Positions 1 to 9,617 of a stretch of DNA of 64,000 bases are shown here, in pieces. The notes under the pieces were generated by a model. It made no database searches. It was not told the origin of the DNA and worked only from the letters and a program-made list of their open reading frames with translations. The stretch covers positions 2,656,001-2,720,000 of the forward strand of contig OZ257142.1 in the NCBI GenBank assembly GCA_965279035.1, in the 5' to 3' direction. The translations under genes and the position numbers were made by a program. The stretch is from Bacteroidia bacterium (GTDB taxonomy: Bacteria; Bacteroidota; Bacteroidia; M30B66). The first letter of the stretch is position 1. Each line of letters begins with the position of its first letter.

Positions 1-281
1 CAGTGGTAAAAAATTCCATCATTATGGGGAACGACTTTTATCAATCCTTGGAAGAAATTGTCCTTAAGAAAGATGAAATCCCCATGGGAATTGGTAAAGG
101 ATGTCACATCGAACAAGCCATCATCGATAAAGATTGCCGCATTGGAAATAACGTAATTATAAAAGGCGACAATTCACTTCCGAACATTGAAACCGATCAA
201 TACTGCATCGTTGATGGCATAGTAGTCTTAAAGAAAAAGGCTTTAATTCCTGATGGAACACACATTGGATTTAATGGATAA
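1..281 (+). CDS. glgC: Glucose-1-phosphate adenylyltransferase, C-terminal part (5' end outside window)
   Basis: Left-handed beta-helix tail NSIIMGNDFY...GIGKGCHIEQAIIDKDCRIGNNV...DGIVVLKK typical of GlgC. Confidence 0.9.
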   Translation, partial: VVKNSIIMGNDFYQSLEEIVLKKDEIPMGIGKGCHIEQAIIDKDCRIGNNVIIKGDNSLPNIETDQYCIVDGIVVLKKKALIPDGTHIGFNG

Positions 282-332
282 GTCTATTTACAAATGCCAT
301 TAATTGATTAAATAATTCTGTTAAGCAACAAG

Positions 333-368
333 CATTCATTAACAATTCAATTTGTTAATGAATGTTTT
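333..368 (+). terminator. Probable terminator hairpin after glgC
   Basis: CATTCATTAACAA (333-345) / TTGTTAATGAATG (352-364), perfect 13-bp inverted repeat followed by TTTT; AT-rich stem. Confidence 0.5.
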
Positions 369-487
369 GATCAATGAAATTTCATACTTGAGATTCATTG
401 AATGAAGAAGCATTTTATAGTCTACACTTGTTAAAAACTCAGGTGATACTTAAATTTTGTTTTTATTTCCTATCCCATTCTACAACC

Positions 488-495
488 TAGATTTG
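488..495 (+). promoter_or_regulatory. Bacteroidota housekeeping promoter -7 element (TAGATTTG)
   Basis: Matches TAnnTTTG about 20 nt before ATG 515. Confidence 0.5.
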
Positions 496-514
496 TAATA
501 TGAAGATTCAACGT

Positions 515-1084
515 ATGAAAAAACATGTAATGCTAGCTTTCCTAGTTATGGGGCTTCAGGGAAGTGTCACGTTTGCACAAGCTCCCGCAGCTCCTAAAAT
601 GCCTGTTGATGAAGTAAGTAAGCTCGTTACTTACACCGATGTGGTTGAAGAACCGGGAATGAATAAAGACACACTGTATAACCGTGGTCTTCGCTGGTTT
701 AAGTCGTATTTCAAAAACCCAAACAAGGCAATTAAATTAGCTGATGCCGAAGGACGAACAATTGATGGTGGATATACCTTTACCATACAACGCCCAGATC
801 CAGCTTCTAAAAAAACACCCGCTCCGCTTGTTGATGCTGGTTATGTAAATTATAAAATGAAGCTCTTTTGTAAAGACGGAAAATTCAAATACGAAATCAC
901 CAATTTTTCATGGCAACAAGCTTCGTATTATCCAATTGAACGTTGGTTGGATAAAGATGCCAAAAACTATGATCCTAATTATGCTTCGTATCTTCAACAA
1001 ACCGACAAATACGTAAAAGAATTAATCAAATCACTCGAAACTTTTATCGAAACGGATCCTTTGAAAAAGAAAGATGATTGGTGA
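515..1084 (+). CDS. DUF4468-like secreted protein
   Basis: Signal peptide MKKHVMLAFLVMGLQGSVTFAQ; YTDVVE...KDTLYNRGLRWF...CKDGKFKYEITNF pattern. Alternative start at 500. Confidence 0.7.
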   Translation: MKKHVMLAFLVMGLQGSVTFAQAPAAPKMPVDEVSKLVTYTDVVEEPGMNKDTLYNRGLRWFKSYFKNPNKAIKLADAEGRTIDGGYTFTIQRPDPASKKTPAPLVDAGYVNYKMKLFCKDGKFKYEITNFSWQQASYYPIERWLDKDAKNYDPNYASYLQQTDKYVKELIKSLETFIETDPLKKKDDW

Positions 1085-1099
1085 GATAATAAATAATTT

Positions 1100-1134
1100 A
1101 AAAGCCGGAAATGTTCACATTTCCGGCTTTTTTT
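1100..1134. terminator. Rho-independent terminator, probably bidirectional
   Basis: AAAGCCGGAAATGT-TC-ACATTTCCGGCTTT plus T tract, between convergent genes. Confidence 0.85.
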
Positions 1135-1197
1135 ATGCCTTCATTCAGAAAAAACAAGATTCAATTTCTAAAATAGTTCAATTAGCAATTGAAATAA

Positions 1198-3573
1198 TTA
1201 ATGTGTAAAAACAACTCGCTTTGTCGCTAGAATATAATCATTCGATAAAATCTGAATGAAATAAATTCCAGATGGAAGTGTATTTCCCAGCTGAATTGTC
1301 CCTTCATTTCCCGAAAGATTTTCTCGTTGAATTATCCGACCACTTATATCTGTTACATTCAATTTCAAGGAATTCAACTGTTGTTTCGTTTGATAATACA
1401 CATTCACCAATCCATCCGAAGGAATTGGGTATGCCTTCAAAATCAAATCATCCTGATTAAGACTCGCTATGTTCGTTGTAACTGAATCAACTACATAAAA
1501 ATGATCCAATCCAGCTTCAACTATATGTCCATTTGGAAAATCAACCGCTTCCATTACAAAACGAACTTGTCCCGGATTCGGAATAAAATCCTTCACTTTA
1601 ATCGATTCACTTACCCATTGAGAAGAGTTTGTTCCTTGGATAATTTTTTTAATAGTTAAAGGTGCTCCACCATTATTAATTAATCGGATAAATAATGTGT
1701 CATTGATAGCATCATTTCCTCCTCCATTAAAAAACCATCTGTCATACCAAATTGTTGGTTCTATATAAGTAGATAAATCCATGATGGGAGAAGTTAATCG
1801 CGTGTAACCATCATCTACATCATCGTTTCCTGCAGAAGTTCCTGCATTATTTCCAGTTACATACGCATATCCATTACAATCACCACTATAATCTGTTCCT
1901 GGATTGGATGCAACTCCATTTAAATTGGTTGCAACAGGAATGGCTCTTTCAAATATTCCAGTTGAAGTAGTTGAGGTAACTATCCATCCATAATTAAACT
2001 GAAAATCATCATAATAATTAGCATTCAAAGTAGATTGAATGGTTGAAATGGAATTATCAATTGAAATTTGAGGATTGCATAAAGTCTCAAACCCCCATTT
2101 CCCAATAGCAAGCTGGTAAGTATCTGGAACCAAATCGCATTTGCTATAATTCCCTTGATTGTCGGTACTTAATTGAATCCCTGAATTTGAATTCGACAAA
2201 GAAACCAATGCCGATTCAATGGCCGAACCACTTGAATTTTCAACATTTCCATTTAAAGCAAAACCGCTTGGACTAAATAAATTGATCTCAAATTCAGTTA
2301 AAACTCCATTAGCAAGAACTACATTGGTTAACGTGAATGTGTTATATCCTGGCTTTGAAAATATGATTGTATACGTTCCAGGAATGGCGGTTCCGGTTCG
2401 GTAAGTTCCGTCTATACCTGTTTGTTCCGAAATGCCTGCTTCAACAATACTAACTGTTACATTATCGAGCAATGCTCCACAAGAACTATCTTTCACAATT
2501 CCTTCGAAGTAACAACCACGCACATACGTTGGTGTTAATACATACAAACCACCTTCAATATCAGAGGCTACTAAATTTCCGCTTGGTAAAAATGGATATA
2601 CACCCCAACATCCATTGAATGTATTTCCTTCATAGCTCGAAAAATCATTTTTTGCGACTTCAATCAAATTCGCCGGACGAGCTCCATCAACAATCACAAC
2701 ACCTTCGGTATACCACGAAGTAACTGCATAATCGTTTAAAATATGCGTATTATGTACAATGCAATTGGAGCCTGGAGCAGTTTGATAACGATCGAGTTCA
2801 GAAATATTTCCAAGTACATCAATGTTATAAGAAGTTAAATAAGAATCAGGGACTTCATCCGTTGTAAAAAGGGTATTGTGATCATCGCTTAACCAGGTGT
2901 TATGCGTGAAATTTCCTGGAGTTGTCTGAGTGATTAATGTTACAGGATTGGATTTATCGCTGACATCGATTGCAGAATAAAATCCATCATAAATATGTGA
3001 TCCCCAAATTGTATCACCCGAAACAATTCCATCATGAATATAACGCTCATCATATCTACCTTGATAAACAGGATTCCAGGGATCTGTTAAATTTAAAAAT
3101 AAAGCTCCTCCTTCTCCGATATTAGAACCATACACATAACAAAATCCATTATCAATATGTAATGTATGTGCTTTGCTCAATTGATTTAATATAGCTCCAT
3201 CTCCACGATATACATGAGAATAAATGGTATCAGGAAGTTCACGCATATCGATGATCGTTAATCCTCCATTAGTTCCTTCGGTAGTAACGTATGCAAATCC
3301 ATTCCATGTTTTCACTTCACGCCAAATACTCTCCACGCCATTTACTTCAAAACTTAATACTGGAATATCAGGATTACTCACATCCACAATGGATAAACCT
3401 GTCGTAGTTCCAACTAATGCATATTCATTCCCGAGACTATCCACATATCCACCAATATTTGCTAATTCTCTACCAGGAAATGCCAAATGTCCCCGCACGG
3501 TTAAATTGTAATTCTCTTGAGCATTCAGACTAAAAAAGGCAAAAAAAGCAATCAAGAAAGAAATTCTTTTCAT
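1198..3573 (-). CDS. Choice-of-anchor B family (LVIVD beta-propeller) protein with carboxypeptidase-regulatory-like domains and T9SS type A CTD
   Basis: Signal peptide; WREVKTW, AHTLHID, YIHD, THNTW, VHNTH, GCWGVYPFLPSG motifs; C-terminal YPIPSDG...LPSGIYFIQI. Confidence 0.85.
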   Translation of the reverse strand: MKRISFLIAFFAFFSLNAQENYNLTVRGHLAFPGRELANIGGYVDSLGNEYALVGTTTGLSIVDVSNPDIPVLSFEVNGVESIWREVKTWNGFAYVTTEGTNGGLTIIDMRELPDTIYSHVYRGDGAILNQLSKAHTLHIDNGFCYVYGSNIGEGGALFLNLTDPWNPVYQGRYDERYIHDGIVSGDTIWGSHIYDGFYSAIDVSDKSNPVTLITQTTPGNFTHNTWLSDDHNTLFTTDEVPDSYLTSYNIDVLGNISELDRYQTAPGSNCIVHNTHILNDYAVTSWYTEGVVIVDGARPANLIEVAKNDFSSYEGNTFNGCWGVYPFLPSGNLVASDIEGGLYVLTPTYVRGCYFEGIVKDSSCGALLDNVTVSIVEAGISEQTGIDGTYRTGTAIPGTYTIIFSKPGYNTFTLTNVVLANGVLTEFEINLFSPSGFALNGNVENSSGSAIESALVSLSNSNSGIQLSTDNQGNYSKCDLVPDTYQLAIGKWGFETLCNPQISIDNSISTIQSTLNANYYDDFQFNYGWIVTSTTSTGIFERAIPVATNLNGVASNPGTDYSGDCNGYAYVTGNNAGTSAGNDDVDDGYTRLTSPIMDLSTYIEPTIWYDRWFFNGGGNDAINDTLFIRLINNGGAPLTIKKIIQGTNSSQWVSESIKVKDFIPNPGQVRFVMEAVDFPNGHIVEAGLDHFYVVDSVTTNIASLNQDDLILKAYPIPSDGLVNVYYQTKQQLNSLKLNVTDISGRIIQRENLSGNEGTIQLGNTLPSGIYFIQILSNDYILATKRVVFTH

Positions 3574-3861
3574 AGTGAAATGGTTGATTGCGCAAGTTAA
3601 TTGAAATAACCGATTTGCTTAATTCATAATTTAATACTAAAACCTATTTATATCCGTTTAAAAAATATTTGAAATGATATGATAAGGTATTTACTTCCAC
3701 TCATTGCTTTTCTTTTGCTTTTGATTGCTTTTTCATAATGAATAATGCAAAGAATCTCTGAATTCTGTATGCATGGAATTCAAATAAACTTAATCACAAG
3801 TTTACTATTTGAATTTGCTTAATTCATTCAGTAGTTAAATAAATATTATATAAAACGAGTA

Positions 3862-4710
3862 TCAGATTCTAATCAATTTCTTCAACACGATTCCCAATCC
3901 GAAAAGAATTCCAATTACCATAGATATTGCTCCTGCAATGGAAGCATTCCACCAAACAGCTAAATAGTAACCTCCAACACAGGAAGCTATTCCAATCATT
4001 CCAGCTAATACAAGTAAAAATGGTAATCGCTTAGCAAACAATGCGGCGGTTGCTGGTGGACCAACCAAAAGTGCAATCACCAAAACAGCTCCTACCGATT
4101 CGAAAGAAACAACGGTTGCCATCGACACCATACCCATAAGTAAATAATGCCAAAACACAACAGAAATCCCAAGTGCAGTTGCATATCCAGGATCAAACGT
4201 TGTTAAATAAAGTGCACGATATCCAATTATTAACATACCGATTAAAATCACCAATAAACCTCCAGCAATCCATACCTGACGAGGTCCTAGTGAAACTCCA
4301 TTTTCGGTTATAATTAAATCAAAAGGGACGTAAGCAATTTCACCATATAATACACAATCTTGATCTAAGTCTGTTTGTGCTGTATATCCAGAAACGAGAA
4401 TAACTCCAATGGCAAATAAGAATGTGTATATGAGCCCAATGGCTGCATCATTTTGAATATGCATTCTTTTTTGAACCCATTCGATTAGAAACGTAACCAA
4501 TAATCCACAAGCTGCAGCCCCAGGTAACATCACAATACTTTCTCTTGAACCACTTAGCATATAAGCCACAACCAAACCCGGAAGAACAGCATGTGAAATA
4601 GCATCTCCAAACATAGCCATGCGTCTTAAGACCAAGAATGTACCTGGAATTACACAACATAAAGCGATGAGACTTGATGTGAATAGAATCCAAAAATCAT
4701 TCATCATCAT
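3862..4710 (-). CDS. mntD: Mn/Zn/Fe ABC transporter permease (ABC-3, TroD/MntD-like)
   Basis: GDAISHAVLPG and DLDQDCVLYGEI motifs; multiple TM helices; overlaps the upstream permease stop. Confidence 0.85.
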   Translation of the reverse strand: MMMNDFWILFTSSLIALCCVIPGTFLVLRRMAMFGDAISHAVLPGLVVAYMLSGSRESIVMLPGAAACGLLVTFLIEWVQKRMHIQNDAAIGLIYTFLFAIGVILVSGYTAQTDLDQDCVLYGEIAYVPFDLIITENGVSLGPRQVWIAGGLLVILIGMLIIGYRALYLTTFDPGYATALGISVVFWHYLLMGMVSMATVVSFESVGAVLVIALLVGPPATAALFAKRLPFLLVLAGMIGIASCVGGYYLAVWWNASIAGAISMVIGILFGLGIVLKKLIRI

Positions 4711-6005
4711 TGCTTGGAAGGTATTACAGTATTGTGTGGATCTATTTTAGGATGCCCAAGAATTTCATCCAATTGTGCCTCTATTTCAGGTGTAATAACA
4801 TGTTCCATAGCTTCAGCATCATCATGCACATGATCGGGATCAAGATTTAAATATTGCTGTAAATAAAGTTCCCACAAACGATGTAAACGAACAATTCGAC
4901 GTGCTTCTACTTCTCCACCTAAACTCAAACTCCAAGCATGCAAGCTCATTGAAACAAGTCCCTTTTTCTCTAACAACTTTAATCCTTTATGAAGTTGACG
5001 ATTTGAAAATGCTCGGTAATTAATTAAATCTTCTTCCAAAACAGGTTTCAATGCATTGCCCGTTTTTTCTCCTATCTGATAAAATAGCTTCAATATATTT
5101 TCTTCTAAAGTTTTATTTCTGTTTTTTTCTTTCTCAAACCATTGTGCTAATAAACCTCTTTGGGGAGCAAATAACATCGACAATCCTGCAACAACAGTCG
5201 CTACTACAACGATCCATGGTCCTGTGGGCATAGCTGGAGCAGTATAAGAAACAAAGGCTCCCATATATCCCGAAAACATTCCAATAACCATAGCTAGAAA
5301 AAGAAGTTTCTGCATAGAATTGGTCCACAACCGAGCAGTTAAAGCGGGAGTAATTAACAAGGCCGACATAAGCACAACTCCAACGGCTTGAATGCCAACA
5401 GAAACAGCCCACACCGTAATAAACGACAATCCAAACCGAAGCATTTTTACAGGAAATCCTACCGAAATGGCAAATTCCTCATCAAAAGATATGGCTGTAA
5501 ATCCACGCAAAAAAAGAAAGAGTATTCCTAAAATGAGGATTGATGAAATAGAAAACAATTGAATGTCTTCCAAGGTAATTGAAGCGGCTTTTCCAAATAG
5601 AAATTTATCTAACCCAGCTTGTGATGCATTTCCACTGTGTTGAATAGATGTAAGTAAGACAATTCCAACCCCAAAAAAAACAGAAAGCATTAATGCAATG
5701 GCTGTGTCTGGACGAACTTGCTTGGAACGAGTAAGCGCCTCCATGATCATTAAGCTCAACATGCCACTTAAGATTGCTCCAATTAAAAAGTACAAGGGAT
5801 TTTTTTCTCCTGTTAAAATAAATGCCAAACAAACGCCAGGTAAAACACTATGCGAAATGGCATCTCCAACTAAAGCTCTCTTTCTCAAAAAAGTAAAACA
5901 GCCAACTATGGCAGCCATTCCACAAAGTATGATGGAACCAGCTACAACCAATCTCACATTGGGCTCACGTAAAAAAAAGAAATCGCTGAATACCTGCTCG
6001 TTCAT
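4707..6005 (-). CDS. mntC: Mn/Zn/Fe ABC permease fused to C-terminal DtxR/MntR-like metal-dependent repressor domain
   Basis: N-terminal ABC-3 permease (GDAISHSVLPG); C-terminal EENILKLFYQ...RLHRLWELYLQQYL...HVHDDAEAMEHVI...DPH, the DtxR winged-helix plus dimerisation/metal site pattern. Confidence 0.88.
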   Translation of the reverse strand: MNEQVFSDFFFLREPNVRLVVAGSIILCGMAAIVGCFTFLRKRALVGDAISHSVLPGVCLAFILTGEKNPLYFLIGAILSGMLSLMIMEALTRSKQVRPDTAIALMLSVFFGVGIVLLTSIQHSGNASQAGLDKFLFGKAASITLEDIQLFSISSILILGILFLFLRGFTAISFDEEFAISVGFPVKMLRFGLSFITVWAVSVGIQAVGVVLMSALLITPALTARLWTNSMQKLLFLAMVIGMFSGYMGAFVSYTAPAMPTGPWIVVVATVVAGLSMLFAPQRGLLAQWFEKEKNRNKTLEENILKLFYQIGEKTGNALKPVLEEDLINYRAFSNRQLHKGLKLLEKKGLVSMSLHAWSLSLGGEVEARRIVRLHRLWELYLQQYLNLDPDHVHDDAEAMEHVITPEIEAQLDEILGHPKIDPHNTVIPSKQ

Positions 6006-6787
6006 GTTTCGCGTACAGGAAAATTACGCTCTCTCAACTGATCCCCTACTTGAGATAAAACAGTCAACTTTCCACTATACGTAATTTTTAGATTTTCATC
6101 CGTAAATACATCTTTCAAAGGTCCATTGGCAATGAGTGATGCATTTAATAAAACTAACCAATCGAAATATTCAGGTGCTGTATGTAAATCATGATGTACA
6201 ACAATGATTGTTTTACCAGCAGCTTTCATTTTGCGCAACATTTCTACTATCGATTGTTCTGTTGCTGCATCAACTCCTACAAAAGGCTCATCAAGCAAGT
6301 ACAAATCTGCCTGCTGAGCCAAAGCTCTCGCTAAAAAAACACGTTGCTGCTGTCCTCCCGATAATTGTGAAATCTGTCGATTCGAATAAGTCAACATATT
6401 GACTTGCTCTAATGCTTCCCCTGCAATCTTTTTATCTTCTGTCGAAATTCGCTGAAACATTCCTCTTTGCTGATATCTTCCCATCAACACAACATCCAAT
6501 ACCGTTGCAGGAAAATCCCAATCGACTGTTTGACGTTGTGGAATATACGAAACGCGTTTGCGAACTTTAGTTAGTTCTTCGCCATATACACGTGCATATC
6601 CAGAATTTAAAGGAACCAATCCTAAAATTGCTTTTACCAAGGTTGATTTTCCGGCACCATTGGGTCCCATAATTCCAATGATTTGCCCTTGTGGCAATAA
6701 AAAATCAATATTCCATAATACCGGTTTACGATGGTAAATAACGGTTAAGTTATGTGCTTCAATCGATGGATTCTGTATTTCTGCCAT
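6002..6787 (-). CDS. mntB: Metal ABC transporter ATP-binding protein
   Basis: Walker A GPNGAGKST, signature LSGGQQQR, Walker B LLDEP, HHDL. Confidence 0.92.
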   Translation of the reverse strand: MAEIQNPSIEAHNLTVIYHRKPVLWNIDFLLPQGQIIGIMGPNGAGKSTLVKAILGLVPLNSGYARVYGEELTKVRKRVSYIPQRQTVDWDFPATVLDVVLMGRYQQRGMFQRISTEDKKIAGEALEQVNMLTYSNRQISQLSGGQQQRVFLARALAQQADLYLLDEPFVGVDAATEQSIVEMLRKMKAAGKTIIVVHHDLHTAPEYFDWLVLLNASLIANGPLKDVFTDENLKITYSGKLTVLSQVGDQLRERNFPVRET

Positions 6788-6789
6788 AC

Positions 6790-7710
6790 TTAACGTAATG
6801 CATTTGCAATTGTGTGAGCATTGTGTCGAAGCATACCTTTATAGGTTCCTTCTGGACTTCCTTTCTTGCCCATAGAATCGGAATAAAGTGTTCCACCAAT
6901 TCTAATTGGATGTCCTTTCGCAGCACAACCTTCTATAACTGCTTGTAATGATTTTTGAGAAACAGAACTTTCTACAAATACGGCTTTGATTTTCCTGTCT
7001 GTAATAAAATTGACCATGTTACTCACATCCTGCAATCCATATTCTGAAACGGTAGAAATTCCCTGCAATCCTTTCACTTCAATTTTATTTGTTAATCCAA
7101 AATAACGAAATGCATCATGCGATGTGATGAGGACTCTTCGATCTAAGGGAATAGTTTGAATAGCAATAAAAACTTCATCACGAACTTTATCTAATGTATC
7201 ACGATAAGCTCTATAATTTGAACCTATTTGACTGGTGTCATTTGGAAAAAGACCTTTTAGCGTATCGGTTGCTCCTCGAACTCCACTAAGCCAAACACTT
7301 GGATCCATCCAAAGATGTGGATCAATAGTTTGTGTTCCATCACCAGCAAGTTGAAGTAAATTTTCATTCACATATTCGCCAATTCCAATAACAGGTTTAT
7401 TACGACTCAATTTATGGAGTACATCAGCCATTTTACCTTCTAAATGATGACCACTATATAAAATAATATCCGCGTTGGAAAGTAAATTCATATCTCCTTG
7501 GGATGCTTTATATAAATGAGGATCAACACCGGGACCCATCAATACCTGTATTTCAACTAAATCTCCTAGAATATTTTGTGCGAAGTCGGCAACCATTCCT
7601 GTAGTTGCTACAACTTTCTTTTTACGGTTTGAAGAAGAATTTTGATTTGATGAACAGCCCGTTAATACTAGTACAAACAAAAAAAGCACTTTAACTAGAC
7701 GATGATTCAT
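6790..7710 (-). CDS. mntA: Metal ABC transporter substrate-binding lipoprotein (TroA family)
   Basis: Lipobox LTGC; GVDPHLY, DPHLW, SHDAFRYF, LYSDS metal-ligand motifs. ATG 7710 preferred over TTG 7716. Confidence 0.9.
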   Translation of the reverse strand: MNHRLVKVLFLFVLVLTGCSSNQNSSSNRKKKVVATTGMVADFAQNILGDLVEIQVLMGPGVDPHLYKASQGDMNLLSNADIILYSGHHLEGKMADVLHKLSRNKPVIGIGEYVNENLLQLAGDGTQTIDPHLWMDPSVWLSGVRGATDTLKGLFPNDTSQIGSNYRAYRDTLDKVRDEVFIAIQTIPLDRRVLITSHDAFRYFGLTNKIEVKGLQGISTVSEYGLQDVSNMVNFITDRKIKAVFVESSVSQKSLQAVIEGCAAKGHPIRIGGTLYSDSMGKKGSPEGTYKGMLRHNAHTIANALR

Positions 7711-7726
7711 TCTCAAGAATTTTCGA

Positions 7727-7734
7727 CAAAGATA
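7727..7734 (-). promoter_or_regulatory. -7 promoter element of metal ABC operon (TATCTTTG on minus strand)
   Basis: Exact TAnnTTTG match ending 16 nt upstream of ATG 7710. Confidence 0.6.
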
Positions 7735-7761
7735 GCTTTTTTACAATAGCCGAAATTAATT

Positions 7762-7777
7762 TTTAGACAAATCTAAA
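7762..7777. promoter_or_regulatory. Putative DtxR/MntR-family operator TTTAGA-CAAA-TCTAAA
   Basis: 6-4-6 palindrome just upstream of the metal transporter promoter; resembles TTTAG-N6-CTAAA MntR/SirR/TroR-type boxes. Confidence 0.65.
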
Positions 7778-7779
7778 TT

Positions 7780-8334
7780 TCAGGATTTCGGATAACCATT
7801 CTTTCGTTGAATGGAATCTAATTGACGCAGATGATGTATCAAATGCCAATATAAAAATCCAAGAGTTTGATCTGCAGTAAGAGCTCCTGCTAGGGGATGT
7901 TTAAATATCAAATTGGAATGTTGCTGCCAATGAAGAGTTTCAATAAATTCTCGTAATTGAATGAGTTGTTGCTTCCATTCGGCTTTTATTTCCTTTGAAT
8001 CATGAGCAATGGATTCTTCGATTATTTGTTTGGGTGTTTGAAATCGTTTAGGAAGAATCAAATTGAGTGTTAACAAAGCATACCGCCGTTTGTGTTTAAA
8101 TTGAGGTCGACTAAATTTTCCACTTTCAACTCGTTTCTTCATTGAAATTAAAGTGAGCCTTTCTACTTGAAAAAGGTGATCGTATACTTCCATAATTCCC
8201 CACGTTGAATCACTTGGTTTGAACTGTTGTTGATTCAACCTTAAATTATCCCATTTATTCAATAAAACACGAACAGCATTTTCATATCGAATTAATGATT
8301 TCAATAGCCGTTTATTATTTACCTTCAGATTCAA
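7780..8334 (-). CDS. DinB family protein
   Basis: FKPSDSTWGIMEVYDHL and HPLAGALT...HLIHHLRQ His-triad pattern; start codon uncertain (TTG). Confidence 0.8.
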   Translation of the reverse strand: MNLKVNNKRLLKSLIRYENAVRVLLNKWDNLRLNQQQFKPSDSTWGIMEVYDHLFQVERLTLISMKKRVESGKFSRPQFKHKRRYALLTLNLILPKRFQTPKQIIEESIAHDSKEIKAEWKQQLIQLREFIETLHWQQHSNLIFKHPLAGALTADQTLGFLYWHLIHHLRQLDSIQRKNGYPKS

Positions 8335-8839
8335 AACAACTGATATTTAACATTCTAAGGAAATTGATTTCTTATCAAAATACCCATTTAATTTAATTCA
8401 TTTACGCATGCATTCGACAAAATCTGCACACTTCTTTTTTTAAATCATGATACAATAAGCTTAAAAATTTAAATACCTAAATCAGGAATTTTATAGGTTT
8501 TCTAATTATCCTTTTATTCTTTTCAAAATAAATTAAACTTACATATATACTAGTATTTGAGTTTTACATTTTTATGGATAACTCAAATTAAAAGCATTCC
8601 ATTTTTAAACTAACTTGAAGAGTATAGCTTCTCACATTATTATGAAGATACTTCTAATTTATTTTTTAGATAAGGCCTAGATATAAATTTGAAATGAGCT
8701 ATTAAAATAATTCAATGTAATCTCTTTTATTCACCACGTTCATTCGAAACTTACATCTGTTTGATCTCTTGATGATCTTGCATTTATACGTTTTAAAGCT
8801 TAGGTAGTTTTGATTTCTTAATTGACCTAACTAATTACA

Positions 8840-9550
8840 ATGATGAACAAGTACTTATTTTCAATTGGATTGATTTCTTTGATTTCCGTCCAATATTCTT
8901 CTGCTCAATATTCGCCGAAATTAGCAGCACTCAATCAAAGTGTTGTTGCAATTCAAGGTTCAAAAACAGCTTCTTGTGGAACCTTTAGAACCATGGAATC
9001 TATGAAATATACCGATGGTGGTGATGCACGTGTTGTTCAAGTAAAAGTAGAACAACCTATCTGTGATAAACAACAAGGTGTTTTAGCATTATTAAATCCC
9101 TCTGGTGCTGATTGGAAATATAAAGTCATTCGCAAAGAAGGGACAATAGTTAGTGAGGGATTAGTAGGATATAATAGACGTATCGGAAGTTTAGAAACTG
9201 GTTCGTATCTCATTCAATTTACATTACCCGATGGAACATCAGCAGTTGATGAATTCACAGTCATTAAGCCCAATGCAATGATGTCAAGTATTGAAATGTC
9301 CAACAAAAACCAATACCTCAGTGGAAATGAACTTTCGTTCACTGCGATTAGCGAATCTGGTGCTGAATATATATGGGATTTTGGTGATGGCACGCAACCC
9401 ATATATGGTGAAAAACAAGTAAATCATAAATACTCGAAACCTGGAATCTATTCCATTGTGCTAACTGCCAATAATTTTGATTGCACTAGCATCGTCACAA
9501 AACAAGTAATTGTCACTGGACCAATTGCTCAAGGAGATTCTGAAAAATAA
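8840..9550 (+). CDS. Secreted PKD-domain protein
   Basis: Signal peptide; C-terminal YIWDFGDG...HKYSKPGIYSIVLTA PKD motif; no T9SS CTD visible. Confidence 0.75.
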   Translation: MMNKYLFSIGLISLISVQYSSAQYSPKLAALNQSVVAIQGSKTASCGTFRTMESMKYTDGGDARVVQVKVEQPICDKQQGVLALLNPSGADWKYKVIRKEGTIVSEGLVGYNRRIGSLETGSYLIQFTLPDGTSAVDEFTVIKPNAMMSSIEMSNKNQYLSGNELSFTAISESGAEYIWDFGDGTQPIYGEKQVNHKYSKPGIYSIVLTANNFDCTSIVTKQVIVTGPIAQGDSEK

Positions 9551-9565
9551 TAAAATCTCTTTGTG

Positions 9566-9605
9566 AAGCCGGCTTAACTATCATTGGATTAAGCCGGCTT
9601 TTTTT
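9566..9605 (+). terminator. Rho-independent terminator
   Basis: AAGCCGGCTTAA...TTAAGCCGGCTT followed by T tract. Confidence 0.8.
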
Positions 9606-9617
9606 CATCTTTGAAAG

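Noticed and set aside
3703-3734. TTGCTTT repeated three times in the intergenic region
   Set aside because: Low-complexity sequence with irregular spacing; no supportable function.
8664-8682. Second MntR-like box (TTTAGATAAGGCCTAGA)
   Set aside because: Spacing and right half-site do not match the 7762-7777 palindrome.
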